In this document: one piece after another, positions 48,105 to 58,760 of the stretch
How positions within the stretch are numbered: the stretch's first letter is position 1
Layout: the number at the start of each line of letters is the position of its first letter
Origin: an uncultured Verrucomicrobiae bacterium
GTDB taxonomy: Bacteria; Verrucomicrobiota; Verrucomicrobiia; Chthoniobacterales; UBA10450
Direction of reading: 5' to 3'
Assembly: GCA_963772365.1 (NCBI GenBank)
Contig: CAVYXA010000005.1
Coordinates: 224,001-288,000 of the forward strand
DNA: 64,000 bases
Notes under the pieces: generated by a model
Seen by the model: the letters and a program-made list of their open reading frames with translations, nothing else
Databases searched by the model: none
What the model was told of the DNA's origin: nothing
Position numbers and translations under genes: made by a program

Positions 48105-49322
48105 GTGTCATTTAACAATTTCGAACTTTCAGCGGACGTCGTGCGGGGCGTGCAGGCCATGGGATTCACCGAGCCGACGCCGATTCAGCTTCGCGCCTTC
48201 CCAATTATCCTGGCGGGGAAAGATCTCATTGGCACCGCCCAGACTGGGACGGGAAAGACTGCTGCATTTGCTTTGCCGATTCTGACGTTACTGGCACATC
48301 ATGGAAAATTTCGCTGCCTCGTTCTGGAACCGACCCGCGAGCTGGCAGCGCAGGTGGAAACAGCCTTCCGTGATTATGGCCGGTTTACCGATCTGCGTGT
48401 CTCAGTTGTGCACGGCGGCGTTGGCTACGGAAAGCAGCGGGAAGAACTCAAGCGTGGTGTCGATGTTCTGGCGGCTACGCCCGGGCGATTGCTCGATCAT
48501 CTTGAGCAAGGAACGCTTCATTTTCGCGACATAAACATTCTTGTGCTGGATGAGGTGGATCGGATGCTCGATATGGGATTTCTGCCGGACGTGCGCCGGA
48601 TCGTGGACAAAATGTCAACGGACCGTCAAACATTGCTTTTCTCAGCGACATTGCCGCCGGAAATCGAACGCTTAGCCGCGTGGGTGCTGCGCGATCCGGA
48701 AGTAGTGGAGATCGGAGCGCGCCGTTCGCCGGCCGAGACCGTCACACATGCTGTCTATCCGGTAGCGGCAGAACAGAAGTTCGATTTGCTCATGGCTCTG
48801 CTCGAGCGAACAAACTTCGACAGCGTGCTAATTTTCTGCCGGACCAAACAGAACGCCGATCGCGTTGCGCATCAATTGAAAGAGGGACGACATTCCGTCG
48901 CCGTTTTGCATTCTAATCGGACGCAACGGGAACGGATCGAAGCGCTGGAAGGTTTCAAGAGCGGCAAATACGAAGTGATGGTGGCGACCGATATCGCCTC
49001 GCGCGGGCTGGATATCGCCGGAGTAAGTCATGTGATCAATTACGATGTGCCCGAGCACCCGGAGGATTACGTGCACCGAATCGGTCGGACCGGCCGGGCT
49101 CAAAATGTTGGCGACGCGTTCACGTTAATGAACGGCGAAGAAGTTGCCGCCTTGCAGGCGATCGAACATTTCATCGGCCAAAAAATTCCGCGCCTGAAGT
49201 TGGAAAACTTTCCTTATCTTTACACGGTTCTCTTTGAGCCTGAATCGGCTAAATCAGCCAGGCGCGGCATCGGCGGAGGAAGAACTCATCGCGGCTACTC
49301 GTTTGGCCGGAGACGCAGATGA
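48105..49322 (+). CDS. DEAD-box RNA helicase (RhlE-like; DEVD variant)
   Basis: AQTGTGKT, PTRELA, LDEVD, SAT, HRIGRTGR. Confidence 0.93.
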   Translation: MSFNNFELSADVVRGVQAMGFTEPTPIQLRAFPIILAGKDLIGTAQTGTGKTAAFALPILTLLAHHGKFRCLVLEPTRELAAQVETAFRDYGRFTDLRVSVVHGGVGYGKQREELKRGVDVLAATPGRLLDHLEQGTLHFRDINILVLDEVDRMLDMGFLPDVRRIVDKMSTDRQTLLFSATLPPEIERLAAWVLRDPEVVEIGARRSPAETVTHAVYPVAAEQKFDLLMALLERTNFDSVLIFCRTKQNADRVAHQLKEGRHSVAVLHSNRTQRERIEALEGFKSGKYEVMVATDIASRGLDIAGVSHVINYDVPEHPEDYVHRIGRTGRAQNVGDAFTLMNGEEVAALQAIEHFIGQKIPRLKLENFPYLYTVLFEPESAKSARRGIGGGRTHRGYSFGRRRR

Positions 49323-49378
49323 ATTCGAATCGAGAGCTTGCGTTAGAGTTTGCTCGCGACATCGGCTAGTATCCGTTC

Positions 49379-49597
49379 ATGGCTGAAGTAACAATCGAGA
49401 CAATCAAGAATGGTCCTTACATTGTGAAGGGCGAAGTGGAATTGATCGACGCAGACGGCAATAAATTTCCGGTGGAAAAGCGGATGGCGCTGTGCCGGTG
49501 TGGCGCCTCCACTGAAAAACCGTTTTGTGACGGAACACACTCCAAAATTGGTTTTCAAGCGGCGGAGCGAGCCGTTCCGGAATCGGCCGAGAGCTAG
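49379..49597 (+). CDS. CDGSH iron-sulfur domain protein
   Basis: LCRCGASTEKPFCDGTH. Confidence 0.92.
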   Translation: MAEVTIETIKNGPYIVKGEVELIDADGNKFPVEKRMALCRCGASTEKPFCDGTHSKIGFQAAERAVPESAES

Positions 49598-49605
49598 AGG
49601 ATCGT

Positions 49606-49834
49606 GTGAGCGTTCTTGGTTCAATTGGCAACACGCCAATCTAGAGCTGCGCAAAATCGTGCTGGCAAAATCCGCGCGCGTGTTGGTGAAACTTGAATCG
49701 GCAAATCCGATTGGCAGCATGAAGCCTTACGCATCGCGGAGCAGCTTGAATCGAACTCAACCGTTGCGACCTTGATTGTGGATTCCGGCCTGCGTTATCT
49801 CAGCACGGAATTGTATGGACCAATTCAAAATTGA
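49606..49834 (+). pseudogene. Internally deleted cysteine synthase (CysK/CysM-like) remnant
   Basis: IGNTP...VKLESANPIGSMK is joined directly to ALRIAEQL...VDSGLRYLSTELY. Confidence 0.75.
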
Positions 49835-49895
49835 TTGGCGAAAATGCCGAATAAAGTATTGAACAAAGCCCGATCCCATACGCTCTGAAATCCTT

Positions 49896-52037
49896 ATGAA
49901 AACAAACCGTTTATTTTTTCTGTTTGCAGCAATCACTGCGATTTCATCGCCTCTTTTGTTAGGGGTAGGACCACAGACTGCCCAGACTGCCAAGAAGCCG
50001 GTCACGAACGAGTATCATGGAGTCAAGATCGAAGATGACTATCAATGGCTCGAGAACGACAACGACCCCAAGGTCAAGACCTGGTCGAATGCGCAAAACA
50101 AGCGCGCCCGCGCTTATCTGGATAAGCTGCCGGGCCGGGAGAAGATCGAGAAGCAATTAACTGAATGGTATGACAAGACTTCTCCGAGTTATTTCGGGAT
50201 CGTGTCCCGGCCAGGGAAATTATTTGCCCTGAAATTCCAGCCGCCCAAGCAACAGCCTTTGCTGATCACCCTCGGCTCGGCGGAAGACCTGAAATCGGAA
50301 AAGACGGTTCTCGATCCGAACGTGCTCGACAAGAAAGGCTCTACCACAATCGATTGGTTTGTACCGTCGCTTGATGGAAAATATGTGGCCGTTTCTCTTT
50401 CTAAAGGCGGTAGCGAAGAAGGTACACTGCACATTTACGAAACTGCGACAGGGAAAGCCCTGCCGGATACCATTTCCCGTGTGCAATATCCCACGGCCGG
50501 CGGAAGCGCCGCGTGGAATGCCGATGACACAGGCCTTTACTACACACGTTTCCCGCGCAAAGGCGAGCGTCCCGATGCCGATCTGAATTTCTATCAGCAA
50601 ATTAATTTTCATAAACTCGGCACACTGGACAGCAAGGATGCTTACGCGATCGGAAAAGAGTTTCCGCGGATTGCCGAGATCCAGCTCGCAGCTTCGCGCG
50701 ATGGGAAATACATTCTCGCGACGGTGGCAAATGGTGATGGCGGAGATTTTGCCCATTATTTACTCGGGCCGGATGGAACCTGGAAGCAGGTCACACAGTT
50801 CAGCGATCAGGTTAAGCTGGCGAGACTCGGTCGCGATAATTTCATTTACCTGCTTTCGCGTGCGGATGCTCCGCGTGGGAAAATTTTGCGGCTGCCGCTC
50901 GAAACGCCGGAGCTGACGAAAGCGACGATGATCGTTCCAGCCGGTGAAGCTGTGATTCAGCAAATCGAGCCGACTGCAGACGCACTTTACGTTATCGATC
51001 TTTTAGGCGGACCATCACAGATCCGGCGGCTCGATCTCGATGGTAAAAATGAAAATGTGATTCCGATTCCCAAGATTTCGGCAGTGTCGGAGATGGAATC
51101 TTTGGAAGATAATTCGTTGCTTTTCCGTGACACCAGCTACACCGAACCGCCAGCGTGGTATCATTTGGCTCCGGGTAAAACGGAGCCGGTGAAGACGGCT
51201 CTGGTCAATACGTCGCCGGTTTCCTTCGATGACATCGAAGTCTCACGCGAGTTTGCCACGTCGAAGGATGGGACAAAGATCCCTTTGAATGTCGTTCGGA
51301 AAAAAGGGACCAAGCTCAACGGCAGCAATCCGACACTACTTTACGGCTACGGCGGTTATGGCATCAGCATGCAACCGAATTTCGATTTCACCCGTCGACT
51401 CTGGTTTGATCGCGGCGGAGTATACGTAGTGGCGAATATTCGTGGTGGCGGTGAATTCGGTGAAGAATGGCACAAGGCCGGCAATCTCACCAAAAAACAA
51501 AACGTTTTTGATGACTTCGCCTCTGCGGCCGAGTATTTGATCAAGGAAAAATGGACGCGCTCGGACAAGCTAGCCATGCTCGGTGGAAGTAATGGCGGAC
51601 TGCTCATGGGAGCAATGATCGCGCAGCATCCGGATTTGATGCACGTGGTTGTCTCGTACGTTGGAATTTATGACATGCTGCGGGTCGAGCTTGCGCCCAA
51701 TGGCGAATTCAACGTGACCGAGTTCGGCACCGTAAAAAATCCCGACCAATTCAAGGCTCTTTACACCTACTCGCCATATCACCACGTCACGGACGGAACG
51801 AACTATCCCTCAATCCTGATGATGACGGGTGCGAACGATGGACGGGTTGCGCCCTATCACTCTCGCAAAATGGTGGCGCGCCTCGATGCAGCCAACAAAT
51901 CGAGTAATCCCATCCTGCTCCGAACCAGCTCGAGTTCCGGACACGGAATCGGGACGGCGCTGAGCGAGCGAATCAAACAGCTGTCCGATATGTATTCCTT
52001 TCTATTCGCCCAGCTCGGGATGGCGAAAACAGAATAG
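49896..52037 (+). CDS. Prolyl oligopeptidase (S9A)
   Basis: GGSNGGLL, NDGRV, SGHG. Confidence 0.95.
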   Translation: MKTNRLFFLFAAITAISSPLLLGVGPQTAQTAKKPVTNEYHGVKIEDDYQWLENDNDPKVKTWSNAQNKRARAYLDKLPGREKIEKQLTEWYDKTSPSYFGIVSRPGKLFALKFQPPKQQPLLITLGSAEDLKSEKTVLDPNVLDKKGSTTIDWFVPSLDGKYVAVSLSKGGSEEGTLHIYETATGKALPDTISRVQYPTAGGSAAWNADDTGLYYTRFPRKGERPDADLNFYQQINFHKLGTLDSKDAYAIGKEFPRIAEIQLAASRDGKYILATVANGDGGDFAHYLLGPDGTWKQVTQFSDQVKLARLGRDNFIYLLSRADAPRGKILRLPLETPELTKATMIVPAGEAVIQQIEPTADALYVIDLLGGPSQIRRLDLDGKNENVIPIPKISAVSEMESLEDNSLLFRDTSYTEPPAWYHLAPGKTEPVKTALVNTSPVSFDDIEVSREFATSKDGTKIPLNVVRKKGTKLNGSNPTLLYGYGGYGISMQPNFDFTRRLWFDRGGVYVVANIRGGGEFGEEWHKAGNLTKKQNVFDDFASAAEYLIKEKWTRSDKLAMLGGSNGGLLMGAMIAQHPDLMHVVVSYVGIYDMLRVELAPNGEFNVTEFGTVKNPDQFKALYTYSPYHHVTDGTNYPSILMMTGANDGRVAPYHSRKMVARLDAANKSSNPILLRTSSSSGHGIGTALSERIKQLSDMYSFLFAQLGMAKTE

Positions 52038-52076
52038 GATCTATTTAGCCGGAGGCTTAAGTTTCTCAGCAAGACC

Positions 52077-53156
52077 GTGGATCGCGATTTGTTTCTTAAT
52101 ATCGCTGATTATGCCCCCGCGGCACGGCGGAAGTTACGGAAAGACGTCTTCGATTACTACGATGGCGGCGCGCTGGATGAAATCACGCTTCGCGCGAATG
52201 CCGCCGGTTGGGAAAAACTGAAGCTGTTTTATCACGTCCTGGCTAGCGTCGGTGCGCGCGACATGCACACGACCGTTCTCGGTCAACGCATCTCGATGCC
52301 GATCGGCGTCGCACCGACGGCATTTCACAAACTGGCTTGCCTAGATGGAGAGATTGCGACGGCTCGTGCAGCCAAAGCGGCTGAAACTGTCTGCGTTCTC
52401 AGCTCGTTATCGAACACGGCAATGGAAGCGGTGTTTGCCGAGGCGGGAAGCCCGCGATGGTTCCAGCTTTATGTTTATAAAGATCGCGAGATCACGCTCG
52501 ATCTCATCAAACGCGCGGAAGCGGCCGGCGCCGAAGCGATCGTCTTGACTGTCGATGCTCCGGGGTTGGGCACAAGAGAGCGAGATTCCCGCAACAATTT
52601 CTCACTGCCGCCGGATCTCATTCTTGAAAACCTCGCTGCGTCGGGCAAAGGAAAGTTTCCCGAAGTTGCAGGATCGGCGCTTGCTGCCTACGTGAGAACA
52701 AACTTCAAAGCGGACCTCGGCTTTAACGATCTTGATTGGCTCTGTCATGTCACTCGTTTGCCGGTTGTAGTGAAGGGTGTTTGCCGCGGCGATGATGCAA
52801 GGCGCATAGCGGAACATGGAGCGAAGGCAATCGTCGTTTCCAACCATGGTGGTCGCCAGCTCGACACCGCGCCTGCAACATGCGAGACGCTGCCGCACGT
52901 TGTCGATGCTGCGGGGGATCTCTGCGAGATCTATGTCGATGGTGGAATCCAGCGCGGAAGCGACGTCCTCAAAGCTATTGCGCTCGGAGCGCGCGCCGTT
53001 TTTGTCGGTCGTGCGATCCTCTGGGGATTATGCGCTGACGGAGAAAAAGGCGCATTGCGCGTATTGGAAATTCTCCGCCGCGAGCTCGACGAAGCGATGT
53101 TGCTTTGCGGTTGTTCAAACCTTGGCGACATCAACCGTTCGCTGCTGAGCTCTTAA
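52077..53156 (+). CDS. FMN-dependent alpha-hydroxy acid oxidase/dehydrogenase
   Basis: SNHGGRQLD, DGGIQRGSD. Confidence 0.93.
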   Translation: MDRDLFLNIADYAPAARRKLRKDVFDYYDGGALDEITLRANAAGWEKLKLFYHVLASVGARDMHTTVLGQRISMPIGVAPTAFHKLACLDGEIATARAAKAAETVCVLSSLSNTAMEAVFAEAGSPRWFQLYVYKDREITLDLIKRAEAAGAEAIVLTVDAPGLGTRERDSRNNFSLPPDLILENLAASGKGKFPEVAGSALAAYVRTNFKADLGFNDLDWLCHVTRLPVVVKGVCRGDDARRIAEHGAKAIVVSNHGGRQLDTAPATCETLPHVVDAAGDLCEIYVDGGIQRGSDVLKAIALGARAVFVGRAILWGLCADGEKGALRVLEILRRELDEAMLLCGCSNLGDINRSLLSS

Positions 53157-53177
53157 CTTATCTAAATCCCGCGGAGT

Positions 53178-54575
53178 TTACGCTTGAGTCTGGCTAACCG
53201 AGGTCTCGCTCAGTTTCTTGAAATGGAGCTGATTGACCCGCCGACCGTCCGTTTGTGAAACGGTAACGGTGTAATTGTCGATCTTAACCTGCTCGCCTTG
53301 TCGGGGAAGATGACCAAGTAAATGGGTAACGTAGCCGCCAATGGTGCTGACATCGGCGCTTTCCAGGTCGAGACCAGTGGCGTCGTTCAACTCGTATAGT
53401 CCTAACGCGCCAGCAACGGCAAACTCGTTCTCATTGATCGTCCGGAACTCTTCCTTTTCCATATCGAACTCGTCCTGGATATCGCCGACCAGTTCCTCAA
53501 GCACGTTTTCCAATGTGACCATGCCAACCGTGCCGCCGAATTCATCCACCACCATCGCCAGATGAGCGTGCTTGCCCAGGAACAATTTGAGCAATTTTTC
53601 CAGCGGCATCATCTCGGGCACCGGGATCAGTTCACGTTTAATTCTTAATAGATCCGGCTGCGGGTCTCGCACCATCGGCAGGAGTTCCTTTATGTGAATA
53701 AGACCAACCGTGTTATCGAGATTTTCGCGGCAAAGCGGAAACCGGGTGTGCCGAGAGGTGATCGCCTTTTTCAAATTCGTTTCGAAGCCCTCCTCGAGAT
53801 CGAGATAAACGATCTCGCCTCGTGGTGTCATGATATCGCGCACCACGCGGTCACGCAGATCGAGCACATTGAAAACCAGCTCGCGTCCGAGCGAGGAAAC
53901 TTCTTTCGATTGCTCACTTTGCTGCAGAATTAGGCGCAGTTCTTCCTCGCTGTGCGCCAACTCGGTCGCGTCGACGGGCTGGAGCCGAAGCACTTTCTGC
54001 AGCAGAAAATTGGACGATTTGTGCAGAAGCCAGATAACCGGGCTGAAGACGGATGTAGAATGCGCCCAGCGGACGCATCAATCGCATGGAAACAGGCAGC
54101 GGATTTGCGATTGCGATGTATTTGGGAGCGAGTTCTCCAAAGACAATGTGCAGGAAATGTGATGCCAGCGAAAGCCAATGCAACTGAAACAGACGTGACG
54201 AACGCATGCGAGGTAATTTCGATCATTGCAAATGCCGGTTCCAAAATCGACGCCAGACACTGCTCTCCCACCCAGCCCAAACCCAGACTAGCCAGCGTCA
54301 CACCGAGCTGGGTGGCGGAGAGGTAACTATCGAGATGGGAGCGAACATGTTTAACGAAACGGGCCCGCAGGTCTCCTTCCTCCATCAAGCGCGTCCAGCT
54401 GGCTCGTGCGAACTTTGACGATCGCGAATTCGCATGCCACAAAGAAAGCGTTCAGCCCCACCAGCGCAGCGATTGCCAGCAGTTTTCCGATCAAGACCAT
54501 TGGCGGATCCCAATTTCGTTGAATCGCGTCACCGAACGGCGTCGCGGCCAAAAGCAATAGGAAAGCGATGTTCAT
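53178..54575 (-). CDS. Hemolysin/CNNM family protein (DUF21-CBS-CorC); several frameshifts
   Basis: [30 protein letters not shown] spread across frames. Confidence 0.85.
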
Positions 54576-54618
54576 TCAGCGGACGCCGGTGCGGCATCCG
54601 AAAATCCCAGGCCAAACT

Positions 54619-54889
54619 TTACCAGCTGGATTTGGTTACGCCAGGGATGAGCCCTTGCGAAGCGAGCTCGCGAAAAGTGAGCCGCGAGATTTTGAAGCGG
54701 CGGATAAAAGCCCGCCGGCGGCCAGTCACTTCGCATCGATTCACCACCCGTGTAGGGCTGGCGTCCCGCGGCAATTGCGCGAGGCCGGCGTAATCCTTTT
54801 TCGCTTTCAGCTCTGCGCGCAAAGCGGCGTATTTCTTGACTGTCGCCGCGTTTGCGTTCGTTGCGATTAATCCAGGAGGTTTTGGCCAT
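54619..54889 (-). CDS. rpsN: 30S ribosomal protein S14 (zinc-free C- form); one frameshift near 54849
   Basis: MAKTSWI...[19 protein letters not shown]...FRELA...IPGVTKSSW. Confidence 0.93.
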
Positions 54890-55042
54890 AGTGGAACGCC
54901 GAATGTAGCGGCGAAAGCCGAAATTTGCAACCCTGTCATTCCCTCAGGTGCGAAGTCCCCTTCCGTCCGGGACGCTCGCCCGGGAAATGATGGCTTCTCC
55001 GCGCCGAGCCATTTAGCAGTATCGCTCGGTTAGCTTACCGGA

Positions 55043-55815
55043 ATGACCATCGAGACTCTCCGCCAGGTGCCGCTGTTTGAATCGTTGGATGACGAAACTG
55101 CCAGCGAGCTGTGCGATCTGCTAGAGACGCGCGACTGCGATGCGCACAAGATCCTGTTCCGGGCCGGGAGATGAAGGCAACGCCATGTATCTGATCGAGC
55201 ACGGAAGGGTGCGAATCACCGTTCAGGCCCCGATGGTCGGGAATTAACCTTAACCGAGCTTGGACCGGGGCGATTTCTTTGGGGAGATGGCGGTGCTCGA
55301 CGGGAAACCCCGATCGGCCAACGCCACGACCATCGAGCACTCGCGCCTGGCCATTCTTTCCCGAGAGCATTTGCTTTCCTTTGTTCAACGCAATCCACGC
55401 GTTCGTTCTCGAAATGATTACCGCAATGGCAAATCGTCTGCGCCGCACGGACGAACTGTTGCGTCATACCGCCACGCGTAATGTCAATGTGGAGGAAGCC
55501 GCGCATTTGACCCTGGCCGATCGAGCGGCGGATCTCATCGCCGAGTTTGGCGGTAGTTGGAAATTCATCATCTCGGCGGTGATATTTTTCAATTTCTGGG
55601 TCGCTGCTCAACAGCTGGATCCTGGTAACTTGGGAAACGGGGCTTTCGATACTTATCCCTTTCTCCTGCTTAGCACCGGACTCAACATGATCGCTGCCCT
55701 GCAGGCGCCGATCATCATGATGTCGCAAAACCGGCAGTCCCACAAAGATCGGCTGCGTGCCGATCTCGATTATCAGGTCAATTTGAAGAACGAACTGCGC
55801 TCACGGAAATTTTAA
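55043..55815 (+). CDS. cNMP-binding domain plus DUF1003 protein; multiple frameshifts, true end uncertain
   Basis: LRQVPLF, GDFFGEMA...PRSA, FGGSW, YPFLLL, QAPIIMMSQNRQ. Confidence 0.8.
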
Positions 55816-55948
55816 GACGCTTGAAAAGACTTGAGGACGATTATCTCGGATTCAAGAGAGGAGAAGGAGACGGTTTCCCTGCAACGACAATCGCAGAAAC
55901 CGGCGGCATAAGAGCGCTATAGGGAAGCTGACAGCTTCCGCACAAAGT

Positions 55949-57055
55949 CTATTGCCGGGCTAGGCGTCGAAACAAAAACACGCCGAGAACGACAAAGAGC
56001 ACGTTTGGAAACCAAACCAGCAATTCCGGATGCACTTTTGGAATGGACCGCAGAGTATCCCCGAGGATCACAAACAGAAAGTAAGTGATCGCCACGATCA
56101 ATCCCATGGCGAAACCGATCGACGTCTCCCGCCGATGCGCCGTCACGCCCAGGGGCACGCCGATGATCGTGAAGGCGAGACAGGCGAATGGAAATGAGAA
56201 GCGCTTGTTGATTTCGGTGCGGCTGGCGCTGCGTTCGCGTTTGCTCCCCGTCTTCAGCTGCTCGAGCAATTGTTCAATCGACAAGGCGGAGCGGCTGGGC
56301 CGCTTTTTCTGGCGTTCATAAAGTTCCTCCAGGCTGATCGGCAGGGTTCCTTCCTTCATACTGATGCCGTCGCGGATTTTCCGAAGGTCTAACGGCGCGT
56401 TTTCGTCCCGCTGTTGATAACGTGCATTGTAGAGATGCATGAGGATGCGCTGGTTTTTCAGGTCAGCTTCCAACCGGCCGGTGCGGGCGTACGTGACTCG
56501 CATCGGAAGGGCATCATCGTTCATCTCGAACACAATGATATTTTCCAGCTCGTTCCCGTCCTTTTTTCCGACGTAAATTTTTCGCCCCGGGAACTGATCG
56601 ATTACCTGATCGCTGCCGAAAAGAGCCATCGGATTGCGAGTAGCCAAATCGTAAATGGTGCTCCGCAGTTTCTCCTGAGCCGCCGGAGCGGCCTCTACAT
56701 TGAGCCAGAGACAGATTCCGGTGCAAATCAAACCAATCGCGGCCAGCGGAAAACAAATTCGAGTGATGCTCACGCCATTGCAGCGCAATGCCACCAGCTC
56801 GTTGTCCGCCGAAAGTCTCCCGAACACGAGCAGGATCGCAGTCAGTAGTCCCCACGGAATGGTAAAGATCAGCGAGAACGGCAGAATATAAGCGACAAAG
56901 CTGAGCAGATATTCCACCGGAACATCGTGATTCACCAATAACGGCAGCAGTTTGCGAAAAATGTTGCCCACAACAAGCACAAGACTGAGCACGGCAATAG
57001 CGAAGAGCACGTTGACGACTAATTCGCGACTGATGAACCGGTCGATCAGCTTCAT
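55949..57055 (-). CDS. LptF/LptG family permease
   Basis: FGRLSADNELVAL, IGVPLG, WFPN. Confidence 0.9.
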   Translation of the reverse strand: MKLIDRFISRELVVNVLFAIAVLSLVLVVGNIFRKLLPLLVNHDVPVEYLLSFVAYILPFSLIFTIPWGLLTAILLVFGRLSADNELVALRCNGVSITRICFPLAAIGLICTGICLWLNVEAAPAAQEKLRSTIYDLATRNPMALFGSDQVIDQFPGRKIYVGKKDGNELENIIVFEMNDDALPMRVTYARTGRLEADLKNQRILMHLYNARYQQRDENAPLDLRKIRDGISMKEGTLPISLEELYERQKKRPSRSALSIEQLLEQLKTGSKRERSASRTEINKRFSFPFACLAFTIIGVPLGVTAHRRETSIGFAMGLIVAITYFLFVILGDTLRSIPKVHPELLVWFPNVLFVVLGVFLFRRLARQ

Positions 57056-57097
57056 TTCTATACTGTTCTCCGTCGCGGTTTGAGTTGGAGAAGACCG

Positions 57098-57583
57098 CTA
57101 TTCTTCGCCGTCGTAATAATCCACAGGCTCGGAGCGAATGAGTCGGCGTTCGGGAGAGTAAACGATCCATTTTTTACTGTCCGGCTGGTAACAGGACTCG
57201 TTGATCGGGTTGTCGGCCACTACATACAAAACAAGGTCCCGATCCGATTGTGCTGGATTGCTAATCTGATGAGGTTCTCCCGGCTTAAAAAGAAACGCAT
57301 CGCCGCTGTCGATCTCGGTCGTGCCATCCTGATGGCGGACAACTCCTTTTCCCGAGATCACATGATAGAACTCCCATTGCGCGCCATGGGAATGATACGT
57401 GTAAGGGCTTTTCCCGGGCGGGATCCGGAGGATCTCGACGTCAAACGGGTGCCGTTCCACGAGATCGGTCGAAGATGGTTTTCTTCCCAGCGCTTCGGAA
57501 ACTTCCTTGCCAAAGCCAGCAAATTTTCCTTTCGGGGAAGTCCAGGAGATCTCAGTGATATTGTTGGTGTTTACCTTCAGCAT
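57098..57583 (-). CDS. Cupin domain protein
   Basis: YHSH...EFYHVISG...EPHQ. Confidence 0.88.
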   Translation of the reverse strand: MLKVNTNNITEISWTSPKGKFAGFGKEVSEALGRKPSSTDLVERHPFDVEILRIPPGKSPYTYHSHGAQWEFYHVISGKGVVRHQDGTTEIDSGDAFLFKPGEPHQISNPAQSDRDLVLYVVADNPINESCYQPDSKKWIVYSPERRLIRSEPVDYYDGEE

Positions 57584-57594
57584 CAGTCCCGCGT

Positions 57595-57993
57595 TCACCG
57601 GATGCCACTGTCACACTGCCAGTTTACATCGGTCATTTTGCCGGCCACCACATCCACTTCAAACGGACCAAATTTGCCAATGCTGTGTTTCGTGCCCGCC
57701 AGCGAGATCGTGTAATGGCCGGGCGGTAGCGAGACTTGAAATCGGCCATCGGCGTCGGTGGTAAACGTAGTGACTTCTCCCTGCTGGTTGTTCACGGCCC
57801 AGGTCGTGTTCGGTAGCGGCTTCAAATCTGCTTCGCCGACATGGCTCGGCCCGGGCTGGGCAGGCGTGACGGAAATTGTTCCTTTTATTCCAGCGCCGGA
57901 GTCGGTTGCGGCTGGAGTATCAGCATTTGAAAAACTTGGGATAGCCATTGCGATGAACATCAAGATCGACGGGAATAAATGCGTCGGCTTCAT
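57595..57993 (-). CDS. Secreted carboxypeptidase-regulatory-like (transthyretin-fold) protein
   Basis: Signal peptide; TDADGRFQVSLPPGHYT. Confidence 0.7.
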   Translation of the reverse strand: MKPTHLFPSILMFIAMAIPSFSNADTPAATDSGAGIKGTISVTPAQPGPSHVGEADLKPLPNTTWAVNNQQGEVTTFTTDADGRFQVSLPPGHYTISLAGTKHSIGKFGPFEVDVVAGKMTDVNWQCDSGIR

Positions 57994-58147
57994 GAATGGC
58001 AATCGCTCAATCGCGCGCCGATTGCAACCCAATGGCCGAGACGATCCAGGCGACGATACAAATAATTGTGAGCGTTCCGATAAATTTGCTCTGCTTCACA
58101 ACAGTCAGTTTTGCGCGATAACGTTACATCCTGAATGGACGAAACCG

Positions 58148-58630
58148 ATGTCTGAGAGCTCAAAATCTGCCAGGAGTCGCGTCAGTGCTGGTTTACTGAT
58201 GTTCCGTCGTAAGATCGACAATCTCGAAGTGTTGCTGGTTCATCCGGGCGGTCCCTTCTGGACGAATAAGGACGAAGGCGCATGGAGCATTCCCAAGGGC
58301 GAAGCTGGCCCCGATGAAGATCTGTTGCAGCGCGCTCAAATCGAATTCGAAGAAGAGCTCGGGTTTCGAGCGAAGGGGAATTGGATTCCGCTTGGTTCAA
58401 TCAAGCAGCGAGGCGGCAAGACCGTTCATGCGTGGGCAGTGGAAGCCGATTTGCCTGAGTCATTCGAGCTGAAATCAAATTCCTTTGAACTCGAATGGCC
58501 GCCCCGCTCTGGAACATTCAAGAATTTTCCCGAAATTGATCGCGCGGAATTTTTCCCGGAAGAAATTGCCCGCCGCAAAATTAATCCCGCTCAGATTGCC
58601 TTCCTCGAACGGCTTGGCGCCATCCTTTAG
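58148..58630 (+). CDS. NUDIX hydrolase
   Basis: VHPGGP, WSIPKG...EFEEELG, FPEIDR. Confidence 0.88.
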   Translation: MSESSKSARSRVSAGLLMFRRKIDNLEVLLVHPGGPFWTNKDEGAWSIPKGEAGPDEDLLQRAQIEFEEELGFRAKGNWIPLGSIKQRGGKTVHAWAVEADLPESFELKSNSFELEWPPRSGTFKNFPEIDRAEFFPEEIARRKINPAQIAFLERLGAIL

Positions 58631-58640
58631 TTCAAAGCGC

Positions 58641-58739
58641 TGTCATTCTGATCCCGCAGCCGCTGGAGAAGAATCTCACATCATTGCTCAGTTAGGTTTT
58701 GCGAATGCACGGAGATGTTTCGCTTCGCTCAACATGACA
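58641..58739. repeat. REP-like palindromic element with TGTCAT...ATGACA ends
   Basis: TGTCATTCTGA...GAAGAATCTC ... GAGATGTTTCGCTTCGCTCAACATGACA, between convergent genes. Confidence 0.7.
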
Positions 58740-58760
58740 ACTGTATTAACGAGATGGTCT

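Noticed and set aside
57758..58147. Long N-terminal extension of the NUDIX ORF
   Set aside because: It overlaps a minus-strand gene; family similarity begins near ATG 58148.
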